DNA from: Takakia lepidozioides
Lineage: Eukaryota > Plantae > Bryophyta
Assembly (NCBI GenBank): GCA_030704615.1
Contig: CM060734.1
Span: forward strand, 56,792,001 to 56,856,000
Length of the DNA: 64,000 nucleotides
Reading direction: 5' to 3'
A model generated the notes under the pieces. The model had not been told where the DNA came from. It did no database searches and saw only the letters and a program-made list of their open reading frames with translations. The position numbers were made by a program, and so were the translations under genes. This document shows, one piece after another, positions 1 through 28,822 of this stretch. Numbering within the stretch: the first letter of the stretch is position 1; each line of letters starts with the position of its first letter.

Positions 1-3000
1 GCTATCAATCGTAAGTGCAAAAGCGTGGTTCAACTAAATTTTATCATTTATATATCAACGGGCTAAATCTGACAAAACTGAGCGGCCTAGGAAGGAGTGT
101 CCTCACAGTGTCTGTAAGTGACGACATCCGAAGAGCCAAGCAGGAACTTTCCCTGGATCAAACGCGTTGAGACTCAAATCCCTGCGGAGTGAGCACATTT
201 ATATTAAATTTCTTTTGATGAGGTCGATGACTGGTTAGCAACTCTACGAAGGTAGATAAAAAAAGAGTGCAAAAGTCTTAACTTCGCTGTGTTTCAAAAT
301 CCTAGGTCTGCTTTTTCGAGGCTATTTCAATGTCTGAAAAATTATCAGTGATATATAAGCTGTACATATTTATAATTTATCATTCGGAAGCTAGGAACAA
401 CTGTGAGAGCTGTTAGTGTGTAGTCTAACACTCATGTACAGAAACTACTCCAGATTTGCCTTAATGCCACCCCAGGCTAGAGGTTACTTTCCATAGCCTT
501 GTGAGATCACATGCAACCAAAGCCTCTTTATCAACTTGGACATGCAATGTTTTCTAGAGATCACACTGATACCATATTTGCAGAGGTGAAAACCCTTATT
601 TCGAGGGGACAGAAAAGGCAGGAAATGCCATTTCAACCTACCACGAAATCCGGGCTACAAAACAGATTGTCCTAGGCCAAGCGGTCCAGGAACTCTTGTT
701 AATCTAAATTAGGTCTTGCGCCTCAAACTCCTAGATTGACAGCATGATTCATCAACTGATTCTGGACATTGAACATGGTCCTAATAGCCCCCACATTGTT
801 TACTCCCTCCTCGGAAGGTTCCTTCTGTAGAGGCCTATCCCCTCCAGGGATTAAGGGAAAACTGTCCCCCTGGAGCTATTTGGTGCAAATGGTGGAGTAC
901 TCGTATATAACGGTGATTTTTAGATTCTGTACGTCGGAAATCTGTGAATGCCCCTACCTAACTACTACCTTTCCAGATTGACAAAAAAAAAATCTAGTAT
1001 CTGTCGACATGTGTAGCGGACCTTTGGATTCCACCTTCGATCACCATTGCATATGACCTCAAGAGTGCAGACACAAGATGAATATTGGCGTTCGATCATC
1101 CTCTGATTGTGATCCATATCCAGATCCCTCAAAACAATACCACTAGCTTTGATATGGAATGACTCCGTTCTACGTTTGGGTTTTCTAAGGATACAGAGAC
1201 ATTATTATATGCTTCAAGTTTAACCCGATAAATTTTTACTGAATAATCTCCTACCAAATATTAAAACAGGTCTATGCGAATTCGGAGACTCCAGGTCGCT
1301 CTCATCTTTAAAAGCCTCTTGATTCGAGTGCTACTTGAGTCGATGCATGCTTGATTATAATGAGGAACAGACGGGATGAACTTACAAGTGTTGCAGAGCT
1401 TGTGAAAATAAACTGAAGTTGGGGAGAGGACCAGTGAATGAGTTGCGTGACAGATCCAATACTGTCAGATTCGACGAGACGTTGAGAATTGACGAAGGAA
1501 CTACCGGACCATCAAACTGATTATTACTCAGATTCCTGGAGCCAAAACATTTAGAATTCTCAGTAAGTTAAACTTGATAACTTACTTCAACGGCACTGAG
1601 GGAAAACGCGCAATATAATTCACAGCTGATAACGGCAGATCAACTCCAGGATCTTCCCAGATGTATGCTAGATATTTGGAAAGAGAGCCAGGTCCTGGGC
1701 TAGATTGAGATTAGTTTAGCTTTCGTGTGCAAGATTGCTTGTTTACGATGGTTTGCCAGAGTCAGGGCCAACTCGACAGATTCCTTCAGAAACGGTATTC
1801 CAGTAGATGAATAATCATCACATATAACATGTAAGGTACTACTTACAGAGATTGGAGAGTGAAAATCGATGTAAGATCAGGTGGTGATCCTGTCAACGAG
1901 TTTCCTGACAAATCCCTGCATGGTATTAGAACTCGGCATTAAAAGTCAGAAAACACATATCTAGGTGTAGAAATAAGCAGATCACAATTCATAATTATAC
2001 TTGGCACATGACACAGAGATCACTTATATAAGTACCTAGGAAATAAGTAGGAGGGGTAGGCTGAAAATTCATCTTACAGCGTCGTAAGCGAGGTCCATCC
2101 CATGTCTGCGCCAAACGATGGAGTCGGCCCCGACAGTTGATTCTGAGACACTTTCATCGTTAGCAACCAATTCCGCCCAGGGCCTAAGTTCGGAAGCTGC
2201 CCAGTTAATTGGTTTCCACTCAAGTCTCTGGAACAGAAGAAACAACAATTTAGTTGCGTCATCTACTTGCTTTCTCGTGCAACCAGAAATGAAATTCTCA
2301 ACCAACATGTCTATTTATCTCCGTGAACATGGGAATAACTAAAGCTAGGTCTCTACCTTGTGATTCCTCCTTACAGTGCGAAATTTTCGAGCCAGTTGAC
2401 CCATTTACAAGGAATTGGCAAGCTTCCCCATACGTGTTCAGAAAGTACGGTACTACTTCCAACAGTTCTGTGCAAAGATTCGTAGAGCGTGCCAATATCA
2501 ACATTACATAGTCTCAGTGCTGCCTCATATTGTAAAATTACTCTGAGTTTGGAGCAGTCTATTTTCATGAATTTCAGATGATGACCAGCAGTAAGTGAAT
2601 CTGTAATTGTCCAAATGGCTTCAGTGACGTAAACTGACAACTCACAGCTCCTGAAGACCATAAGCTGCTTGTAGAAGATTTGCCGGAATGCTTCCACTGA
2701 AATTGTTGTTACTCAAATTCCTGGAGGAAAATGACTTTTGGTCAATGTGATACGTAATTCACAAACTTATGTTAGAATCTTCATCACATGTACTTCAACT
2801 GCAAGTCTTCACAGATTGCATCAACAGATTTGTTACCTAATGGAATGTCTACAAAAGAAACGTGGGATACATATGTCCCTATTCATCGTCTGCTAAGATG
2901 TTGCACCGTAGATTGTAGGCATAATGCCTTCGCACATGCTCAACAGGAATCATGAGCTTGATAGGTTAAGCGCCGCTTACAAAATATCCAAGGACCTTAG

Positions 3001-4297
3001 TTGACTAATTTCTGCAGGAATGGGACCAGAAAGCCCTGGATTGCCTGTCAAAGTTCTGCAAAAATATCCATATGTGACAATGTTATAACTAGCTGAGAAA
3101 CTTGAGACCCGAATTTTGAGATATTCTCCGACGACTGGTGAGCAAATTAGATACGGAAATTGGAAGTAACATGAACTCGTTTTATTGAACTCACAAGGAT
3201 GTAAGATAGGCAAGGTCTCCAATTTCCTTCGGTAAAGTGCCTACAATAGACGCGTCAGTCAGAGTCCTGCCCATCCGCCACCCACATATGAGACGTGCGA
3301 AGGGCCTGGAACACGCAAGTGAGATTTCTGGTGTACACTCTTATAGTGTACATGATGTTCATTGAATAGAATCCCTCCTCAAATCAGCTCAAAAATCCGA
3401 ATGACGATAAGATGTCGGATAGTTATCAAGGTTCTTGATCAACGCATCGATCTAGCCAATTTCACATCATCTAAAACTAAGGTACAACAGCAGCAAACAA
3501 CAAAACTAAGTATCACCTCTTATAAACATGGCACGGGTCTAAGTTCAATCTCCTTTACAAGTAGTGAGATAATAAATGTGGTATGGAGTCTTACAGGCCG
3601 ACGATGTACATATTTTCGTCGTTAGTATTTGCCGCCCTCGGCGTTCTTACGCATATTACCCCTCGCCAACTTCCATCCCAGCAGGGATTAGGGCGTGCAG
3701 TGCTACCCCACCCTGCCAGGTTAGTATCGATGTTGGGAGTCGCGTTCCACGCTTGCAGAATCGCGTGTATCGCAGTCACTGCACAGTACACTGACAAGTC
3801 ATGTTAGTATCTTCAATTTTTCCAACACGCTCCGCTACATACGTTATATCGACGCGCAGCGTTGGACTGCTATTCTACGGGGTGGTCAACTGTCTTGCGA
3901 AGTTCGCTGTATGTGAATCAAACAGTTGGAGGAAGCAAAAAAAATGCCAGGGCTAATATAAAGCAAAAAAATTCGATGTACTCGCTCGAGGGAGGAGAGA
4001 GTGAGTACAAATAGTACTGTAAAGACCCCCGAGACGTAAAAGACCCCAGTGAACCAGGACCTGCACGGGAAAATGCACAGATATCCTACAACTTATCTTA
4101 AATCCTCAGATTGCTTATCTCAAATCCTTAGATCCTGATCAGATCCTCAAACTCTTCGACTATTCTGAAAACTTTGATCGATATTAGTTGAGAATCTTAC
4201 GGTCCTTTGGTTGGGGGTATCCCATATATGCCTCGGTACAGAGACCACTGAATGAGAGCAAGACCAGTGAAAATGCAACCAGCTTCAGGATACTCAT
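1..4297 (-). CDS. LRR receptor-like kinase/protein, 5' portion (multi-exon, continues beyond window start)
   Basis: Exon 4297-4201 encodes a signal peptide (MSILKLVAFSLVLLSFSGLCTEA). Exon 3778-3595 encodes an LRRNT cap (LQAWN...GWGSTARPNPCWDGSWRGVIC). Short GT-AG exons then carry 1-2 plant LRRs each: ~3266-3195 TLTDASIVGTLPKEIGDLAYLTSL, ~3056-2981 LTGNPGLSGPIPAEISQLRSLDIL, ~2720-2646 NLSNNNFSGSIPANL, ~2228-2077 DLSGNQLTGQLP, ~1915-1846 DLSGNSLTGSPP, ~1535-1386 NLSNNQFDGP/DLSRNSFTGPLP, ~181-107 DLSLNAFDPGKVP. No TM or kinase domain lies inside the window. Confidence 0.88.
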
Positions 4298-4905
4298 TGC
4301 AGTTGTGTGAGCGGGTCTTGAGCTTTGTCATAGATGGAGCTTCAATGAGGGGCTGCCAAGGCCTCCAACTCGCAAGTAGATGCAGACATCAGTTAGCTTG
4401 GACACAGAGTACCTCGTAACAATCGAGCAGAAGTTGCACGCAGGTTGGCCCCGCATTTTCCACAGCGCACTGCTGCTACTTACACGGAAGATAATAGGAA
4501 TAATGTAAGAACTTAATGCAAGCGCGTCAGGACGGTCCAGCCCTGACACCCGTATCGCCGGTTCTTCGCCTCCGGCAGACATCGAAAGGCAGCCGGCTGG
4601 GCTGACGCCAAGGGTGGATTGAACCCACAACCACTTCCGAGGTGGTATGCCCATTACCACTGGGCTACAACTTGGTTGTCCCCAAATCAGAAATTTAGAT
4701 CAAGCTGATAGCAACACATCACTGGATGAAGCAGGGAGACATGCCCAGTGAGAGTAAAAAGAAGAAATTGCAAGCCAAACATTGGCCGCGGTGGAGCAAT
4801 ACAACAGAACAGTGCTCAATAGAATCCTTCGTCTGAAGAATGCAGAGAGAGAACAAGAGGAAGAATCTGAGTTAAGGGAGAAGACAACAGTAAGGATGCG
4901 ATTAA

Positions 4906-5820
4906 CCCTTAAAGGACGACGCGACCTGAATCAGGTCGCGTCTTTTTTCATCCATCCTGCAAGTTCGTCGGATGATATCCGATTTCGTCCATGTCTGAAC
5001 GAAAAATGAAGAGCATTTACTGCCCTATCCGCTCTAATCTAGAGCGGACAAAAATAATCAATGCTCCGCCCGGAAAAAATTTCTAAGTGGGAGGGGGGGC
5101 TTAAATCGCATGGCCCAGGAGCTGTCAGCGCCGTTGACCCGGCTGATGTGGCAGGCACCATGACCCACTGGCGATGCAGCTGCCGGCGTGGCGTGCATCA
5201 TGTGGGGGCGTGGGCTCCCATTGGGTTTTTGTGACGTGGGCACCAAAACCCCCGCCGGGATGTGCTATATGCTCCCGCGCTTTTTGCCTGACTTGGGATG
5301 GACCCCAAAGCCACATCTGAGGATGACACTTTGGCAGAATCCCAAAACAATTTCACCATTGTCTCTGCATTGCTGCAGAGCACAATGTCACCGTTGGAAT
5401 TTGTTTTCAGATAAAAAAAAATGTTCCCAGGGCTCAGATTGCAGCGTAGTGTACAAGAAACCCCTTTTTCCCCCCACTTTCACATACAAAGGACCCCCAA
5501 CATAAATTGGGGGGAATGGCTACAAATTCTGGCATGCATGGTATGATTGTGAATATGTAGGGCATTCCCCCACTTCCATCTTGGTCAAAACTATTTTTTT
5601 GGGTGAAATTGGAAAAAAGAACATTACAATTTTCTTATAATCTGCAAATTGCAACGGTCAAAGTCTCTGAAAATCCATGGGCAGATGGATGTAGTAGTTA
5701 GTCACATTTCTATAAGGTCCATTTCTGTGGATGATTCAGGGCAGGAAGTTATGGGCTCATCCATGCCAGTATGTACCGTTTTTGGGCTGGCCCACCAAAA
5801 CGGTGGTCGTCCTTGAAGGG
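4906..5820. mobile_element. piggyBac-like non-autonomous DNA transposon (MITE)
   Basis: TTAA at 4902-4905 and 5821-5824. 15-bp TIRs CCCTTAAAGGACGAC (4906-4920) and GTCGTCCTTGAAGGG (5806-5820) are 14/15 complementary. Subterminal palindromes occur at both ends. No transposase ORF. Confidence 0.8.
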
Positions 5821-6153
5821 TTAACAATCTTCCAAAGAAGTGCTGAGACCTTATAAGCGGAACTGTCCTTCCGCTACATCACCCGCTTTCTAGTATCGTT
5901 TGTGCATTTGTCGGTAGCTAGTAGCTACTGACCAATGGACTACATGATCCTGTTTATACATTTCATATGTTATTGTGGATGAAATATTTCGTGTACACCT
6001 GTCCTGAGCTAGGTATTCGTTTGCCAATCCAGAGTATCGGTAAACGGTCGCTCCAACACACAAGCATTTTGGACGTTGCAGGGATTTGCGCGGCAAGCTT
6101 GCGTTTGACTCGTCCCCTTCTCTTTGCCTGCCTCGTTCCATGTGAGCGGGGCG

Positions 6154-23181
<17,028 letters not shown>

Positions 23182-25851
23182 TTTACCATATTAGCACCTG
23201 AAACTGGACATTTGTAGTGTAGGCATTTCAAAAATTATTATGACCTTGTGCAGACAAAAAGGTTGGAGAAGATGGCGAAGTGCACACATATCTGTATGTT
23301 GTAAAGCCAAGAACAAGTGAAATAGTACTCTGAACCACTGGAGAAAGCCACATGAACCTGTTTAATACTTGTAACTTATGTTATCTCTGCATTGCGATTC
23401 AGCAGGGTTTTAAACACAATGTCACCATCTCATTTTGTTGTTGAATACAGCTGTTCCAAAGAGACTGCAGCTGTGGTCTCACGAATATTGATATCAGAAA
23501 GATTCCAATATCAAAATCTGTGTTTGCAAATGGGAATCTTTGCCCTTCACTGCCTTGGAGAAGTTCTACATAAACAGGACAACTATGCACAGTGCCACAG
23601 ATTCTCCACTAACGATGAATGAGAAAATTCCTGTGAGAATTCCCGTGTGAAATTCCCTTGCAAAACATATGAGGAAGCAGCTGGCCCCTCCTTACACCCG
23701 CTTTTCATTGCATGGTGTGAGGAACAATTGCGACTGTGTCATCATACTGAGCAGCTCATCTCAGAGATTACCTGCACACTCAAAATCTTTGTGCACTACT
23801 AGTTGGCTTCCTATACAGTCGGTAAAATGGAATGGTGGGGATAGTAATTCACTTTCATGTCGCGCCTGTCTATCCAGAAACCACATCTTTGTGGATCCAG
23901 GAACCTGCAAGATCAGATCATCGATACTTAGTCGATTGAAAGGAAACCATGTCAGTGAACAGTGCGAGAGGAAGATCCACACGCGTGTCCATGGACGTGG
24001 CACTGACAAATGCCTCGCAGATGTTGGCATCTCTTAACGTTGCAACAGATGAGTTGGAAATGGTGGCATCTTTGCAGGTTCGCGAGAGCCTCACAAGGGG
24101 TCCCTCGTTCCCTGTACGAAGATTGACCTTGCCTACAAGGGGCAGGAGGGGTGCTTGAACACCACCTCCTGCTCCCGCGATCCCTGAAAAGGGCTTTGCA
24201 AAACAACAAAAAATAATAAGGGTCCTTTGGGACCCAACCAGGCCAGCTGGGGAATAATTTAGAGTGAAAAATGGAAGGTGACAAGTGAAGATTTACTCAT
24301 GGGTGGTTATATGTTATATGCTCATTATAATGCAGAGAGAACCTGCCGAAAGTGAACTGTCTTTACATTCCGCATATGGATCATAGAAAACGCTGCGAGG
24401 TGGGGGTTCTAGACCTGTGCCAGGCTCCATACTTGTTTCTCTGCCAACTACCAAACACCCTTTCGAGCGAGTATATGCAGAAGTACACTGCGTCTGCTAG
24501 AGAGAATGTGTGATCGCTGAAAGAAAGAAAAGGGAAGGGACTAGTTGAGGCCCGTAATATCGGCTGATCGTTGATGAGGTGTTGTCGTCGAGGAGAGTAC
24601 TAAGTGGATGAGGTCGACCTTCTGTTTTAGCTCAGACCCACAGAAAATTCTGACCTGTCCCTGTGAGAGCGTACCATGATCCTTGGATCATTTTCACCAG
24701 CCGTTGGGCATGCAGAAATGCTCAATCATTTCGCCAATGCAAGTCTGTCGTCCTCCGAATTTCCTTTCACGTCTTGCAATTACCGTCTCGTGACTGCCAA
24801 AGCCTGCAAGCCCTCCAGCAGTGGTCCTGTCCCAGTTGTGGTCAGCTCAAGATGCAAACAGTACGGAACGATGGGGTTGCAAGTGTGTTAGACACTTGGG
24901 AAGATGTGGGGCCAGGAAGAAGGCCCACGCTCACTTCTTCGTACAACCCCTCAAGCAGTGATGGTGAAGAGACGTGAAGACACCCCTCTCTCTGAATCAA
25001 CCAAGAAATCCTCTGGTAAGTCCCTTGATTTTGGGATTGGTAGAACATCTTGTTAGGTTCTTGTTAGGTTCGTGTTTATGTTTCGATGCGGATCCAAATG
25101 TTCACCAAGAGTTTACAACGTTTAGAATGTACTCATAGGACATCCGTATAGAGATCGATTCTTAGCAAAGAGTAGGCGAAAGAGGCAGCGTTATATTGAT
25201 CGAATCGTCGAGCATCCGGGGAACAGGTAGGTGGAGGTAGATAGCCTACAGGTCCTTATATACTAAACGGTCGTTCTGTTTCGAAGTCCCTATAGATACG
25301 GTTTCAGCAAGTTACAGAGATTTCAGCACATGGTGGGTGATGTCAATGGGTTATGACAATTGTGTAATAGCTTGCTGTGGTTTTTCACAGAGATTATGGA
25401 TAAGAAGATGTGTGTTCCACATGTGAGCCAATCTTTTGCTTTATCTTTCTGCCAGTGGGATTTCTTAAGAAACGTTGAGTGTAACAAGAGGAGCATGGTC
25501 AGCATATTGTAGAGCTTCACCTGATCGTTTACATCAGGTACACCCTGGATACCTCGAACACCTAAAGTGGGCTCATGTGCCTGCACTCATTCAGAAATAG
25601 GCAACCAAATATGTCGTTGAAAAACTCTACCTCTACACCTGCATCTGTCCTCTTTCTCCTACAATGTTCTCCACATCATACTCAAGTTGTGGTGGCAAGT
25701 CAATTGAAGAAAAATACTCTGGACAACAGCCTGGCAATTTGTGGACTCCGCAAACAGATAAGAAACCACAAACATGTTCTCCAGTCAAACTTGTCTCCAT
25801 GGCGACAGTCTTGAATTGGTACCAGCATCACAGCAGCTATTTGAAACCTAC

Positions 25852-25969
25852 CTCTACATAGAAGCTTCGGATGGAAGGAGTTATCCAGCATGATGTCAAC
25901 TCCATAAATAGCCCTTGATCTTGAACAGTGCATTAACAGCACGAAGAACATCCCTCACTCTCTTCTGTA
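25852..25969 (-). pseudogene. TTLL12: Tubulin-tyrosine ligase-like 12 (TTLL12) gene fragment
   Basis: The minus strand reads VQKRVRDVLRAV / MHCSRSRAIYGVDIMLDNSFHPKLL(E) followed by a GTAGGT donor. This resembles the TTLL12 C-terminal SRAxYGVDxMLD..F.PKxLEV motif. It has an internal deletion and a frameshift, and no other exons were recognised. Confidence 0.65.
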
Positions 25970-26927
25970 CTGGATAACGGCCACCGGGTGGACCCGGCGA
26001 GCGGCTGGGCCGCGAGCAGGGTCAACCGATGGCCATTATCGAACGTAATTGGAATGGGGGAGTATTACTGGGGCGACAAACCCCAAATGTCGCTATCAGA
26101 GCTACGATAGCCGGAAAAAACGTGCCACGTGGTGCAATGTGGCAAACTCCCTTGACAAGTGAAGGGCCAAACCCTGTGAAACGTTGGGTGGAAGCTATAA
26201 TACGACCCCATGTCCAATTACGTATGTCTATCCATTTCACTGTGAGGGTGGATGAGAAAACGGAGGACAAAATGCAGTAAGAAAATTGTCATAATATAAT
26301 CAATTCTTGGCAGATAGTTTCCAACATCAGTGAAGAAACAGCCGATAAAGTCCTTTGGTTCCAAACAGCCCTGCTCCAACTAAGGCACATCAGATCACAA
26401 TAGGCTGGAAAGAGACTCCTTCTCAAACTGAGGTACCCAGTTCACCGGCCTGCAACCATAATTCAGCAAATCAATCATACCCACTTTCCAGTTTAGGGTT
26501 GGGCTGAAAAGACATGGTAGTTATGGATAATGCAGAATTGATGTGGGGTGTCACCCTGGGACTTTTCCCAGTTCATAGATTATCCAACATGGAGGTTTTA
26601 CCTACTGTCATATTTTGAAATGATATACCATTGTATGTTTTCAGATGCAAAATTACATTTCCACGGCCTTATTTGATGATATGTGAACCCCCAACAAAAC
26701 ACCCTGGAGCATTAAAGAGTGTAGTGTCTTTCATCATATGTAGCCCCACATTGTGTTGCAGAAAGTATTGTCAGCTGAGTTACATCCAAGAAAATTGATG
26801 TGATCTTTTTACTCAAAACAAACCAACCGTCCCTCTAACAGAGATGTGTCCACTGAAGCCAAATTCATCTGTTTATTTCCCCCTATTTTGTTTGATATTG
26901 GTAAAAAGAATTGTCCATTATGTCATC

Positions 26928-28075
26928 ACTATTCAAATTGTCAAGTAATTTTACTACTAGTGTGAAGTTAGCTAGGAAATAGCTAGCTTTTATATATTGA
27001 CATTTGGGATTGACCCAAGTGTCAATCCAGGGGCCAATACATGTTTAGGCACTTGGCATTGTTATCTTCACGGTACATCGCGGTGGGCTCATCTTTCTCG
27101 AGTTGAGCCTCACCGCGTCTAGCTATGGCGCCGTAGTGTAGATTCCCCATGGCGTGGGGTGCACTTGGCTCGACTTAATATATGAGTGATGTTTTCATGT
27201 GCAGGTATGTGAGTTTGAGAGAGCTTGTGTGCTTGTATCATTCCTTTCTTTATCACTCGAGAAAAATCAGCTCGAGTCTGTGAGTACCAGGTTTGAGTTA
27301 GTTGTAGCACTTGTGTTTTCAGATCATGAGAAGCGGTTCAGCCTAGAGTGCAGGGATCCGTGCATGAGCCTATCCAAAGCGGATAGAGTGCAAAGGCGAA
27401 CAGGTTGCAGGTTTGCAATGGATAGAGAGGCGGGTAGCCTATGTTGAAGAGCGGCATTGCATAGCTCAACGCTATGGCAACCAAGTTTGGGCTTCTAGTA
27501 TGAAGCGGAGGAGATGTTGGCCACGAGTGGGCGAACTGGTGGTCGTCTTCTTTAGTTGCAGGCCGAGTTAACGAGCTGCAGGAATGTGGGCTGCGCATGG
27601 GAAGCTAGCATGTTGCAGGTTGGAGATAATATGATCAGCTCCAAGTATGCATCAGTTGTTGCGAGGGGATGCATCGCAGCCCGTTGGGAGCTTCAGCTCC
27701 AAGCTCATGAAGAGATATGAATAAAGAGAGGCGGCTGGTCCCTCCTGTGTGCAAATAAGTGCACTTGTGAAGCATGTGTTGAGTTGAAGTTTCAATCTGA
27801 AACTCCAGTACTGTAAGGGCTCTTAGAATGACAAGAGTGGGGCTGGAAGGGCAGCAACTAGGCATCCTAGAGCCAGGGAATGTGCAGTAGAACTGCAGGT
27901 ACACCAAGGTTGTAAAGGTGTGTATTGTCAGATTCATTTTTTGTGAGCTTCATGAAGAAATGGAGCTTGTTGGGCAGCATATAGCTTGCTTGTTGAGTTG
28001 GGGGGCACCTCTGGTGGGCCGCGAGCAGGTCTGGTGGCTTCGCAGTAGCCATAGCTCGTCGGTAGCAGGTGTAGT
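26928..28075. repeat. Dispersed ~1.1-kb repeat, copy A (unclassified TE portion)
   Basis: Colinear with 39969-41097, for example ACTAGTGTGAAGTTAGCTAGGAAATAGCTAGC...GGATTGACCCAAGTGTCAATCC...GCCATAGCTCGTC. The predicted ORFs 27338-27598 and 40301-40567 are near-identical. Confidence 0.88.
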
Positions 28076-28769
28076 GTCGCAGCCCTTTGCCTTGAGGGCA
28101 GGGGGTCGGGACACAAGGGGGACTACCCCTGTGGTGGGGACAGTGGCAACAATGAAGCACCCTTGAGTGCCTAAGGCACTCAAGGAGGCGGAGGCGCTCA
28201 CTAGGTGGAGCCCCGCACACCGGGTTGCGGTGGGGGTATTTCCACGAGGGGTGGTGGTAGCTTAGTGGGTCTTAGTGGGGGTGGCATAGGACTCACCATG
28301 GGGCGGAGACCTTGTGGTGGGACTCATCACGGTCCAATGGGGCCGTGGTGGGTGGGCCAAGACTCACCGCGACTCATCACCGGGAATCGAGGGTCTTCGT
28401 GGTGGTTCGCCATAAAATGGCAGGATTGTTTGTGAAACCCCCGCGGACAGTCACAGAAGTATATATAGGGAGTAGTAACCCCGAGAACGGTGCAAGCCCG
28501 TTGGTGACCAAAAACTAGTGAGTAAGCATGCGAGCCGGAAAGCGACCAAGGTGAGGGGAGCTGTTCCGGACTACCATCAACCAAAGGGAATTTCCACTTG
28601 GCCCAAATTGAGAGAGGGTGTCGTGGAAGAGTAAAGGGGGACCGTTACGTCCCGGTGAGCAGCCGAAGCTCCGAGTTGGCCCGGCGGCCAGTTTGGGAGT
28701 TAGGCGCGCGCATCAAAGCGAGTAATTATGACTTGAAGGGAAGCTTACCGAAATGAGGTGCGCGACACT

Positions 28770-28781
28770 TGGTATCAGAGC
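28770..28781 (+). promoter_or_regulatory. Primer-binding site complementary to the initiator tRNA-Met 3' end
   Basis: TGGTATCAGAGC, 2 nt after the LTR-terminal CA. Confidence 0.88.
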
Positions 28782-28822
28782 TTAGAGTTCAGTACGCGAT
28801 CATCCTTGGGATCGGCCTCATC

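Noticed and set aside
4658-4750. Tiny MITE with CACTGGGC/GCCCAGTG ends
   Set aside because: Only an 8-bp inverted match and no TSD.
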